Shown: positions 34,955-46,015 of the stretch, piece by piece
Numbering within the stretch: position 1 is the first letter of the stretch
Layout: the number at the start of each line of letters is the position of its first letter
Assembly: GCA_054600435.1 (NCBI GenBank)
Contig: BAAIJX010000046.1
Location: 1 to 64,000 of the forward strand
Direction of reading: 5' to 3'
From: Neophaeotheca triangularis
Lineage: Eukaryota
DNA length: 64,000 nucleotides
Notes under the pieces: generated by a model
What the model saw: the letters and a program-made list of their open reading frames with translations, nothing else
What the model was told of the DNA's origin: nothing
Databases searched by the model: none
Made by a program: the position numbers and the translations under genes

Positions 34955-37165
34955 TCACCGCTTCCCCTTGACCAACTTCGGCCCACTCCCAGCCCGTTCC
35001 GGTCCGTCGACGAGACTGTTCCTCCTAACGACAATACCGTCTTCGCCCATCTCCTCGTCGGCCGCCACGTCGAGTTCCATCTGCTCGGACCCCTCAGCGC
35101 CACAGTCCCTACCGCTTGAAGGCAAGCTTGCGGGAAGGTGCTGCGAACTGTGCGCCGGAGCAGGGTTCTCAGAGAACGTCGAGCGCGCGTCGTCTTCCTC
35201 ATCGTCGCCGTCGACGTCGCTAACGAGACCGGGTGCCGAGTCGATGGTATGCGGGCTCAGGTTGGTAGGCGAGTGCGACTGGCGATGGTAGTGCGAAGGG
35301 AGGCTGGGTGGTTCGGGAATCTCGGTGTTTAGCGCTTGATTTTGGGCTGACGAGAGCGTGCGCGAGAGGCCAGGTTGGGGTGCGAGAGGTGAGGGGCGAT
35401 GGCGCGGTGCTGGCGCGAGAGGCGCGGGATGGCGGTGGCCTTTGCGGCTCGGGGGGCGGTCGAGCGTGTGAGGTGCTGTTAATCCGTCGTGCTGCGAATC
35501 GTCACCGATAGGACCATCAGATACCTTGGACAATGCAGGAGTGTTGGGGGCCGCGATGTCAGGTAATGTAAGATCATCTTCGCCGCTCAGATCAATTTTC
35601 TGCTTAGCTTTCTCGGTAGCTTCTTGGAGGTCGCCGCCAAGTTTGTTCTTTGCGAAAAGAGCCGAAAGATACGGTGTTTGGGCAGCGGGTGTAAAGGGCG
35701 TAGAACCTTGGCTTGAAGCTGCTCGGGCCGGTACTAGGGGGGCAGCAGGGGCTCGAGATGCAATCTTCTGTGGCTGAGCAGTGTTGAAGGCCCCGCCATT
35801 TCCAGACGAACGATTGAGGGGATGTGCTTTAGGCTTTGGGTCCTTTTCTTTTGGAACGGGCATCGAGGGGCTTGCCTGTCTACCACTCGCAGCCGAAGCC
35901 TTCTCCTTTTTGGGCGCCGAGCGCTTGGGAATGGGCGTGGCATCGTTCTGAGCCTGCCTTTGAGACTGAGCCTGCCACTGAGCCAGTTCACCCTCATCCA
36001 GTGGCGAGCCGCAGTCGACAGCCGCCACCTCGTGAGACTTGTAGTCCACCTTGTGCGCTATACGGCAATGATTCAAGAAGCCTTGAACGCTGTTAAAGTC
36101 GAAACGATGGCAGTTGTTGCAGACCAGTTTGACAACTTTACCGTCCGCTTGTCGGTTGACTACCGCCAGCTTAAGCTTCTCAGGCGAAGGAGCTGCACGA
36201 TAATTCGGCAAGCTCGAAAAGGATTTCCTAGACTTCTCTACCACTTGCGCCGGTTTGGTTGAGGACTTCCTTGCAGACGAAGCACTAGCGCGCGCCGAAC
36301 GGTCGTTGGCGGTGTTTGTTGACTGTGCGCTTGCGGGAGCCACGTCGAAGGCTGGATCGGGTATAAGCCACTGGCTGTAATGCCTAGTGTACGGGCCGTC
36401 AGTCACACCGTACGGCGCAGCATGAGAGGGATGAGTGCTGCCTGCCGGAGGCAACACTGCCGGACCCAAGCCGGTCGACATCTCTTCAGATAGGCCGTTG
36501 GCGCCAGGGTACGCTTTGATTTCGCATCGTCGAAGCTGCTCGAGCGCGATCTGACACTTGGCCAGCTCCTGCTCGATGAGACGGAGTTCGTTGTGCTTGT
36601 GAAGTATCTGCATGTTGAATTCATTCTCGATTGTTTGCTGAAGATCGGACAGAGAGGGCGCACTTGGGGTGGCGTCAGGCTGAGTAAAAGGTGCAGGATC
36701 CATATCAACATCATCCTTGATCGAGTCTGCACGAAACTGCATACTTTCAGCAGTAGGAATAGTGGGTGTAAGCTGCGACAAATCGTGTTCCGAGGCCTCA
36801 CCCTTGACGGACGGTGCTTCATTTCGATCAGATGCGTGCGACATCCCTGCTCCGGCTTGAGCGGCACCTGCTACAACATCAGGAATCGCAGAGGCAAGCG
36901 CGCTTTCAGCTTCGGATTTGGCAGGCAACCTGGGCTGTGCAGGAAGGAGTGGCCTTGGAGTTGCGCTGCCAGGCCTGGGCTTCTTGGTCTGCGGCGCAAG
37001 CGGCGGTGACTCAGACTCTGCGCTTTCTGCGCGTTTCCTCTTGAGCTTGTTTAGGATTGGGATTTCGACGACAGGCGATAGCCCTGAGCGATCCGTGTTG
37101 GTCGCGTCGGACATCTTGCCGCAGGTTTGGTCGGTCGACCAAGGAAGCCTGAAGAGACTCTGCAT
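34955..37165 (-). CDS. AHC1: Ahc1-like ADA HAT complex component with C2H2-type zinc finger
   Basis: ILHKHNELRLIEQELAKCQIALEQLRRC, DGPYTRHYSQWL and CNNCHRFDFNSVQGFLNHCRIAH. Confidence 0.8.
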   Translation of the reverse strand: MQSLFRLPWSTDQTCGKMSDATNTDRSGLSPVVEIPILNKLKRKRAESAESESPPLAPQTKKPRPGSATPRPLLPAQPRLPAKSEAESALASAIPDVVAGAAQAGAGMSHASDRNEAPSVKGEASEHDLSQLTPTIPTAESMQFRADSIKDDVDMDPAPFTQPDATPSAPSLSDLQQTIENEFNMQILHKHNELRLIEQELAKCQIALEQLRRCEIKAYPGANGLSEEMSTGLGPAVLPPAGSTHPSHAAPYGVTDGPYTRHYSQWLIPDPAFDVAPASAQSTNTANDRSARASASSARKSSTKPAQVVEKSRKSFSSLPNYRAAPSPEKLKLAVVNRQADGKVVKLVCNNCHRFDFNSVQGFLNHCRIAHKVDYKSHEVAAVDCGSPLDEGELAQWQAQSQRQAQNDATPIPKRSAPKKEKASAASGRQASPSMPVPKEKDPKPKAHPLNRSSGNGGAFNTAQPQKIASRAPAAPLVPARAASSQGSTPFTPAAQTPYLSALFAKNKLGGDLQEATEKAKQKIDLSGEDDLTLPDIAAPNTPALSKVSDGPIGDDSQHDGLTAPHTLDRPPSRKGHRHPAPLAPAPRHRPSPLAPQPGLSRTLSSAQNQALNTEIPEPPSLPSHYHRQSHSPTNLSPHTIDSAPGLVSDVDGDDEEDDARSTFSENPAPAHSSQHLPASLPSSGRDCGAEGSEQMELDVAADEEMGEDGIVVRRNSLVDGPERAGSGPKLVKGKR

Positions 37166-38512
37166 ACTGGTGACGCGAGTCCGACTTTACCAGTTACTGC
37201 TGCCTACTGACTGGATAGTCCATGAAAACGGCACGTGGTCGGATGCGACAGAGCACACCACTACCTTTGCAGGATATCGAGCTCTCAGAGCGCGATGGTG
37301 AAGGCAGCAGAATCGCTTGGACGCTGCAGCGAGGCGTGGATGGGCACCAGATGGCGGGTGTGTGGTCGCCAAAGGGTGCAGGGTGTTGTTTGGTATTACG
37401 CGACACCTTACTCGTAGGTATGGTATGAGGTCGTTATTTGTCGAGGTGACGTGGAAGGAACGTGTCGGAGATAAGGTTACAAGGGGCCGAGCTCGGAGAG
37501 ACGTGAGGTGGCAAACGGTATTACAAAGGGGTGGTTAGGTAGGTAAGTAAGACAAGACAGCAGAAAAGAAAGGAAGAAGACGCGAAATAAGGTGAAAAAG
37601 GAAGCAGGGAAGTAAAAGAGGTAAGTAAGGTAAGTGGTAGAAGGCAGGCAGGCCTGGAAGGGGAGGGAATTGGGGGGTCGTGAAAGTCAAAAGGAGGAGG
37701 GAGGTTGACGTTTTGGCAGGGCGGGCGGGAAAGTCGGAGAGAGGAGAGGAGAGGGAGACGGAGAGAGGAGAGGCAGAGTGAGTTGGATGGAAGCAGAACT
37801 GAGGTGGAGGCAACAAGCGACAAGTCGACAAACTGGCAACAGCAGCAACCGCAGCAGCAGCAACAACTTTGGTGATACGGACGCGGGCGGCGGGATCGCA
37901 GTGCAGGCGTCACAGCTGCGCGCTAGCCGGCATAGCTCCCTCGCGTTGCGCAAATCCGATTGGCCAGCTTGGAGATCTCTTCCTCGCAACCTAAGTAACA
38001 TGCGCATCCCTGACAACTCGCGGATTATTGTTCACTTTACCTACTGTCCCGACATCCGAGGGGTCGGCTTGAGCTATTCTGGCTGCCAAATTAAATCCGT
38101 GTCATGATAAGAATTACACCCACTCACCGAGTTGTCACGATAATCAGGTGTTTTGCCTGGAATGTCGAGCGTTGTGCGTTGTCTCAAATTAAAGCCCTAC
38201 GTCCGGGAGAGCATCGGATGTCCAAAAGAGTTTGAGCGCGCTGCCACTAGTATCCTTGGCGTTGCCGAATCTCGGGTTCGTTTGTTGACACTACCCACGT
38301 GACTTGAGAAGTCGAGATGAAAGCAAACTTACCTTATCTGTTTCGATAATAATTATAATTCGGCATTAACGACACATGCGGAAGTGAGGTGTGTTACTAC
38401 CAAGCAACCAACCACATGGCTGAGCTGCCGAGCGGTGACCGGGCTCGCCTAACATGCTGATACAAATCTGGAAGTATACTAAACACCTGCATGTCAGAGC
38501 TTCTACGATAAG

Positions 38513-39082
38513 ATGGCTTTCGACGAGGAAGTACTGGTATCCAGGTTCAACCTCCACAAGCTCAGTGTCCACCAATCGACGCACATCTCCAATCGGGTTC
38601 AGTCGGCCGTCCAAGCACTCGATTCTCACGCCAAAGAAGACGATAAACCGGTGATTCTCATTCTCACCGCCAAAGGTCGGGCCGTCAGCAAGCTCGTCGG
38701 CATCACGGAAATCGCCAAACGGGATCTTGCCACCAAGGGCGTCAAATGCTTCCAGTACACTGCTTTGAGTTCAGTGAAGGCCGAGGTGGCTCGCCAACCG
38801 AGGAAGCCATCTGGCCTGGATCATGAGCTCGGTGTAACTCCCATTGGCGACGGCAACCCCGATGATGAAGACGACCACGACGAGGTCACATCCGAGGATG
38901 CTTTCCAGACCATGAGGGAGAAGGGCGACGAGGGTACCAAGGAGCGCGAAATACCTGTGGTTACAGTTTATCTGTCAGCCATCGCGGTCAAGGAGCTCAA
39001 GGATGCCTTTGGGTGAGCTGTCTTGTTGGTCTGTGGCAGGTTGCGGTCAAGTACTGATGGTTCCAGAGAGCAACGGTCGTGA
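38513..39082 (+). CDS. Alba-like DNA/RNA-binding protein (Pop6/Rpp25/Rpp20-like), 2 exons
   Basis: ILTAKGRAVSKLVGITEIAKR and PVVTVYLS Alba-fold motifs. Intron ~39013-39066 gives the C-terminus FGEQRS. Confidence 0.7.
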
Positions 39083-39779
39083 CCGGTATGCATCCAAGCT
39101 TACGATCAGCTGTCACGCAAAACGAGGCCCTGCCCCTCAGACCGCGCTGAGTAACGCTATAGCTGGGCATGGGAATAGCTATGAGCCGAGACCCCGGGAC
39201 TTCCGCTACCTGGGCTGAGCTCGTTGCTCAATCATTGCGAGAGCCCGACGCATCCTGGCGAAGGATCTGGAACTTGGCAGTAGCAGCGACAGCGTGCGTC
39301 TTGGGCGGTGGGTCGGGAGCTAGACGGAAAATCACTGCAGCAATGTCTGAAGTGGCTTGCGTTTCTGCAGATAACTAACGGGCAGTGACCAGATTGCCCG
39401 TAGAGAGGCCGCGAAGATCCAACACTTGCTCATGGTATCTGCCGTTCTTTTAGCCAAGTCACAATCGCAATGTCCTGACGCCTCACGGCAAGCCATCTCG
39501 ATCAGCTTGAGTTCATGGCATATGCAGCCTATCGTTCCAATCGTCTGTGGCGGAATTATTGCGAATTTAGGTAGCACTTGAGTACACTCGGGGGCCTGGT
39601 TGGGTTGGCGCCCATCCCATCACATCGAGGACCGATTTTACGCTCGTGAAAAAGAAGGCGTAGGCAAGACCCCCGCTCAACGATCGTTGCCATTGATGAG
39701 ATGCCGCGCGAGACCGTGATCGTGGCCGCTCTGACGTTTTTGGATATGTATCGATTCCCGTAGGCATAAAGCGGCGTTT

Positions 39780-40608
39780 CTATCGCTCGACAAGCTCTTG
39801 AACTCCTAGCTGCCTACCCACCTTGACCTTCCTCATCTTCTCCTTGTCCTTCTTCGCAGCCTCACCATCCGGCACCTCCCCAGCCTTGCCCGCGCTACCC
39901 ACCTCCCCACCCTCATCCTTACCAACCGTCCCTTCCTCCTCATCACTTTCCTCATCCAAAGCCGCCTCCTTGTACTGGTCCAAGTCCATGCGCATGCTGT
40001 AAGCATCCTCCCCATCGGCGTAGTACTTGGCCTCGGTGCCAATAACCTTGAACCCCAGCGTATCCCGGTAAAGCGACAGGGCGGCAAAGTTGGACTCACG
40101 CACGTGCAAGGAGACATAAACGGCGCCGTAGGTCTCGTACATGGCTCTTTCTGCAATCGACCGTGTCAGTACCGAACGTGCTGCGCGCGGAGTTGCGCGA
40201 ATGCTTGCTGCTGGCAAGAATCGGGTGGGTGCTCACGGCTCTGGCGCATCAGCTTCTCCGCCAGCCCTAGTCTCCTGTGCGTGCGCATTACGCTGAGCGA
40301 TGTGATGTGACCGTGCTGTATGCCGTCTGAAGGGTCCTCTTCCATCTTTGCGAGCACGTAGCCGACGACTTTGGGCGCATCGTAGGGGGATTTTTTAGGG
40401 CGCGACTCCTGATCGGCGGCGTCAGTGATGCCCGAGCCCTTGCGCGTGCGGAATATGAGGTTCTTACATCGACCGCTACGTAGCTAAGTTGCGGCCAGCT
40501 GAGCGCATGGTAGAGGTAGTATTTGCAGAAGTAGTTCTCGGGCAGGTTCGTGATGTTCGTCTGCTGCACTTGTGGTATGTCGGAAGGGCGGAGGAGTCTG
40601 ATATCCAT
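39780..40608 (-). CDS. ARD1: N-terminal acetyltransferase A catalytic subunit Ard1/Naa10, 3 exons
   Basis: [48 protein letters not shown] and YYADGEDAY. Confidence 0.96.
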
Positions 40609-41061
40609 ATTGGCGGAAGCGAACTATCACGCGCTTGAACAAATGACTGGATGAGAGTGTTGTGCTTTTGATCGAGGGTGGTTCTGTATTTCGCAGTGGA
40701 GTGCCTGATGCAGATGAGGTTGCGCTCGAGCACTAGCGTCAAATAAATGTCGAGATTCGGATTATTGAGAAGGTACAGTAAAGATTTATCAGCGCCTAAG
40801 GCACGATCAAACGACCTTAACCTACGGTTTCACGAACATTTTGTACCGTTTATCTGGATTCTACTTTCTGCTTGGGCCTTGAAGAGACTTATCCAAACCA
40901 GATGGCCGACTTGGAGGTTTGCAGGTGCTTCAAGGTGGGAGACTGACTTCCTGATGGAGACTAGTCCGAGCGCTGGAGCTCCTGCCTTACCTCGACCTCT
41001 TCAGGTACCTTCACGAACTTCACCTTGCCGCACCGGCTCGGAATGCTCATGCTCGACGACA

Positions 41062-42788
41062 ATGGTATTGAGGAAAGTCAGTTTGGGACAGAATGTGCTC
41101 AGGTCTACTGACGCGGCACTGCAAGCCCGCAGTTCGACGACAGCTTTTCTCACCAGCGTGGGAAATGGTTTCAACAGTAGACCGCCGACGCTCATCGCCT
41201 GCGAAGACTTGATAGCATCGATACCGCCGAAGCTAGACTGGATCTGTGCTGGCCTTGAATGGGCTCTGGAGATCAGCATTCACATCGACAACGATTTACC
41301 GTGCGAAGGAATGGCGACAATTGGCGAAGCGGTTGGCGACATGGTGAAAGCCTCCAAGGTATTCCCGCAACCGCACAATACAACAAGACAGATCCATTGA
41401 CGATTCTCTGACAGATTTGGCAACAACTACACTTAGAGGCGGTTGCATCACGAGTCGAGTCCAACGGTGGGAGCCAAAGCACCAAGACAACTCTTATCTT
41501 TGGCCATGCTGAGTCTGATGTTGACTTACCAAAGCGTGCGTGCCACAAATTGGGTGCCAATGCCAGCCATCACGACGTAAGACCACCGGCAGGGATTCCT
41601 AGCCATGAGCTAGAAACAGTGAGGGTCGACATCGTCTTCGAACCAACCCCAAGTGATAGTAAGCCACGAAGGGAACAACCAGCCACTGAAAAGACTGGCG
41701 GGACAATGGTAGGCGACATTGGACTTGCAACAACAGATCCGGATGATACCTTCAGGTCCCTTTTCGGGGACACTCCTTGCCGTTCTTCTTCAACACGAGA
41801 ATGCGTAGAAGTATCTGAATGCTTCAACAAGCTTCGGAGCAGTACCGATTCACTCCAAGCTGATCTTCTGGGTGAGACTCAGCCTTCAACACGTCCGACA
41901 GACCACGAACATCGAGACGGCAATGCGGCATGCTACCAGAGATTATCGCCTCGAACAGGTTTGAGAGTACATGTGCTGGGTCTGATAGCCGTCGCGCTGC
42001 GCTTATCCATCTCTCCATTCCCGCCTCGCTTCGCAAAGCATTTCAAGCTGTTGGAAACACATTCCGTCCAGTACCTCTCGGATTTTGCGCCTGCGGTTTT
42101 CAGACTCGGACATATGCCAGCAGTCTCGAGTCGATCATATTTCTTGCCTACACTTAGCCATGCGCTGGCCCGCTTTCGGTCGAGTGCCGTCTGCTCAAAT
42201 TTGCGGACCAAACTGGTCAGACTGAGTCACGTTGAGTGCCTCGACGACACTACTCTCTCGTCAAGCTTCGCTACAACCCTCAAGGAGCAAGACAGATATA
42301 TGCTGCCGTTATGGAACGTTGTCGATTCTAAACTGCGCTATCCGGATCAGTCGAGGCAGCTCCTTCCATTTCGCCATGAGATTACGCGCAGAGATGTCTA
42401 CAAAGTTCCCGACGACGAGTGGGTCCTTTTCCAAACATCCGGCCTTGTTAGCACAGTAGACCGAGAAGGGTCCCAGGCATTTGATGAGATTCTCGAATAC
42501 GACGACAGCTATGTGCTTGACTATGACTCGCCGCCGAACGATCCCACAGTCTGTAGCAGCGAATCGAGGTGGAGTGGTTCGTCTGGGGGTACGTTCAAGG
42601 CGATAGACGACATGAATGGCATTGCGAAATCAGGATACTACTACCCAGCTTCACTGATGCTCGAGGATTGCGTTGCCAATGAGCCTGTTCGCACCGCGTC
42701 TGAAACTACGGAAGTAGCCTTCTTTGCATCTTGTGACGCCAAGCGAACAACCACCTCTTGGGAGGGAAGCGTTGATCTGCTAGATTAA
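41062..42788 (+). CDS. Uncharacterised fungal protein, 2 exons
   Basis: An intron from GTATTC 41359 to CAG 41414 joins ORF 40747-41400 in frame to ORF 41550-42788. The start codon is uncertain and no domain was recognised. Confidence 0.55.
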
Positions 42789-44534
42789 GTCTCAAGTCCA
42801 CCTTCCTACCACCAGTCAAACTTTCATGACGGTCGTCGCCGTCAAACAAGCTGGGGATTGCCGAGCATGACTCCTCTCGCGCAATAAAAACCGGATTCAG
42901 GAGAGTTGGAGTAGCGACGTAGTAGTGCAAGTTGGGAGTTGCCGAGCGACGCTTCTCTCGCGCAGTTATGGAGATTCGATTCAGAGGCATTATTATTGGA
43001 GAGGAGCGAAGTTGTTTCTTCGATACTTTCAAAGAGCCCACTTGGAGGGTGGATTTATCGTGTCGTGGACAGGAGTCATTACAGGCGCGACTCGCACGAG
43101 CTACTGACGAACCTCGGTCTTTATTCATGTTCTCACGTGCATCACTTTTTGGTCTGTCGCGATCCCGCGCTTCATCGTTTGCTTCAACTGCCAGCTTGCA
43201 ACGGGCGTAGACACGACACTGGGTCACTCACGCCACTCAGTAGCGAGTTGGCCCACGAGTAAGGAAGGAATAACGGTACAACAACAACCAGACCCAACCC
43301 CGGAGGCACCAATCAGCGCAGACTCATGGAGGTAGACGCCGCAATATAACACTGGACCAACAAAATCACATGATGAATCTACAAGGCCGAGGCATTCGAA
43401 GACCGACTTGCCCCTGAGATTACATCCCTTCCGCTATATCTACGCCTCAATCGATAGCCAGTCTTGCTCGAGACAGCCAGGGGCGGTGGTTCAAGTAGTG
43501 CCGACAAGCCTGGCCGAAACAGCAACGAGAAGGGTTCCTCGAGCCGATCCCAGTCTGGCGGAGGTTATCGACTGTTCCGGTGTGCTGAGACTGACACTCC
43601 AAGACCAATTGCGGCCCGCGAGCTTTGATAAAAGCCGGATGATGACCGGCTCGTAGGGAAGAAGGCATGCGATTATCATGGAGAAGCGTGACAAAAAGAT
43701 CGAGTCATGTACGAAACTTTATGTGTGAGCGAAGTCTGGATGGTCGGTCGACCGAACGCCTTTTTCGCAAAAAGTTTGCACTATGGCCTTGGTATCTTGC
43801 TACTCGTAGTATCATGCTGGCAGAAGAACTGGAAGAAAAGAGCATTCGGATAGCTAGCGGCGATGGAGGTCCGTGAAGGTCCCAAGTTGAATTGCGCCGG
43901 ATGTAGGGAGTGCTCTTCCGGGATGAGCGCCAACTTAGGTGCCCCGAACTGTACATCTAGAGCCACAATCTTCAAGCGGCTGCTCTACAACATTGACGGT
44001 ATTGTTTGCGTCGTTTGAAGACGCGATAGTGCTCGATGAAGACTTGAATCGAATCTAAGGATGCGGGACTGTGCAATCTGGGGCGCGCTGAAGTGGGCAG
44101 TAAGAAGTTGGTCCATGAAGATCGTGGTGATCGCGATGATGATCATGATCCACGAGTCGGGTCGGCCAACCTTTGCTGGTCCCTACTCCCTGGCTAGCTC
44201 GTTGCGCGCACACTCCTTCTTGCTAGGAAGACCGAGGTAGCGTTCGCAAAGACGATAGCTTGCAAACAGATGAGTCTAGGTGCTCTTTATAGGGGAGTTT
44301 TGGGGCATATCGCCGTCGATGCGAAACACGGCCAGTATCATCAGCCCAGGGCATTTGACAACTTGTGTGGATTGGGGTCAATCTCGGCTTGCTGCCGAAG
44401 CGGGGCGAACGGCGTGCGTTTTCCGTTTTCCAAGCCAACGCACACCGGCGGCACGCTCTCGCACGCTAACAAGTCGGAACGAGGACCCCAGTCTCTGGCG
44501 CTTCATCAAAAGTCGCACGCTGGTCAGTGTCGAC

Positions 44535-44575
44535 TTGGGACCGTGGACTGTGGACTGTGGACCGTGGACGGTGGT
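44535..44575. repeat. Short 7-mer tandem repeat (TGGACYG)x5
   Basis: gggaccgtggactgtggactgtggaccgtggacgg. Confidence 0.8.
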
Positions 44576-46015
44576 GGATGATATGCAGAAGTAGAGAGCA
44601 AGCCAAGTCCTCCCGGAAGCGCGTCTCTTTCTCCAGGGAGTCAGGGACCACCAGCGAGTCAGCAAACGAACCTCCCTCACCAACCCAACCTTGCCGATGC
44701 CGACGCCGTAGGAGGTAGCGCGCCGACAAGGACAGAAGAGTCCCGAGGTCCTCGTGAATCGAGCATGCATTATTACTAATTGTTGCTGATAGATGAAAAA
44801 GCCACTCGTACCGCCGACACCGCCGACGACGAGGCCTGCAATAATAATAATGATACATACCCATCCCGAGCCATCCAATCTCGACCACAATAAATCCCGA
44901 AGGGTCGTTATGGTATATCATCATCAGTACTAAGCTAGACGAGGGTGCGAGTAGTGTGCATCTGTCACTCGCACTAACGTTAACCTGCAGCTGTAATACT
45001 ACTAATAACCTGTGCGGCGCAGGTCTCCCATTTCAGAAGAGTCCACTGGAGCATGATCCAATCGCAGCGCGGAATCGCAACGCTGGCTGTATATGCACGA
45101 CACCGCAAATTCCGTAATGCGTTAGCACCTGCATCCTTCTCCAATTCCCGGTCCTCTCTTCTCTCACAAACGCCACAGACGGGAACTCAGGTCGCCGCCC
45201 GCATTTCCCTAGGGTTCTGCTAGATTTTGCCTGCCAAGTGGATCACGGGGGGGTGGTAGTAGTACTAGTAGTACCTCCTACTACTGTACAAGGCGTTTCG
45301 CGTTTGAAGCCTCGTCTCCTCTCCTCGCCAGGTGTCTCACGATTCATGGCATCTCAGAGGCTACTCTAACCTAGTGGGTTGCTCGTTTGCCTCCCAAATT
45401 CTTATCACTACTTTCCCCTCCGAGCCCCTCGACAGACATTATTGTTTTCAAATCCTTGCGCGCGCAGCTCGATAACCACCTGCAGTAGTCCGCAGCTGTC
45501 GTTCGAAGCGAATCTTTTCTGTGCACTACTGGTATCATTGACCTTGCACTCTCAGCTTTGTACAACCAACAGCCAGGTCCCTTGCGGCTCGTCATCAGCA
45601 ACTCTGCCCGCGTACGAGAACCGGACTTGATAGCTCGACTTTGCTCTTTTCCTTACGGACATCGAAGAAGGGAGGATCGTCGCCCACCTCTACGCAGGCG
45701 TAGATTCACCGCCACAACCACCGCAACGAACCCTTGCGATGAGCGTGGCTATTTGATCGTGCAATGTTCCAGGAGCGCCCACTCGAGAAACTGTACATTT
45801 CACTTTTGTTGACTTTTTGGACTTGAACACTTCGCCTTCTCCATCTTTTGGCCCATCATCAGGATCCGCCCCGAGCTGCGCCAAAGGAGCAGTGGTGACT
45901 CAACATAGCCGCCTTCTCCTCCCGAGTTATCTGGCACCTCGACCTTCTTGGGAAGGACCTACGCGAACCATTCCCTTGACGAATCCCATACTCGACGTTT
46001 GGACCCTCCGGCAAA

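Noticed and set aside
43370..43417. ATGATGA...CTGA as a C/D snoRNA
   Set aside because: Only ~48 nt between the boxes and no recognisable rRNA guide.
43326..44050. Possible decayed gene (short ORFs with an F-box-like LP.....IY hint)
   Set aside because: No convincing motif or splice model.
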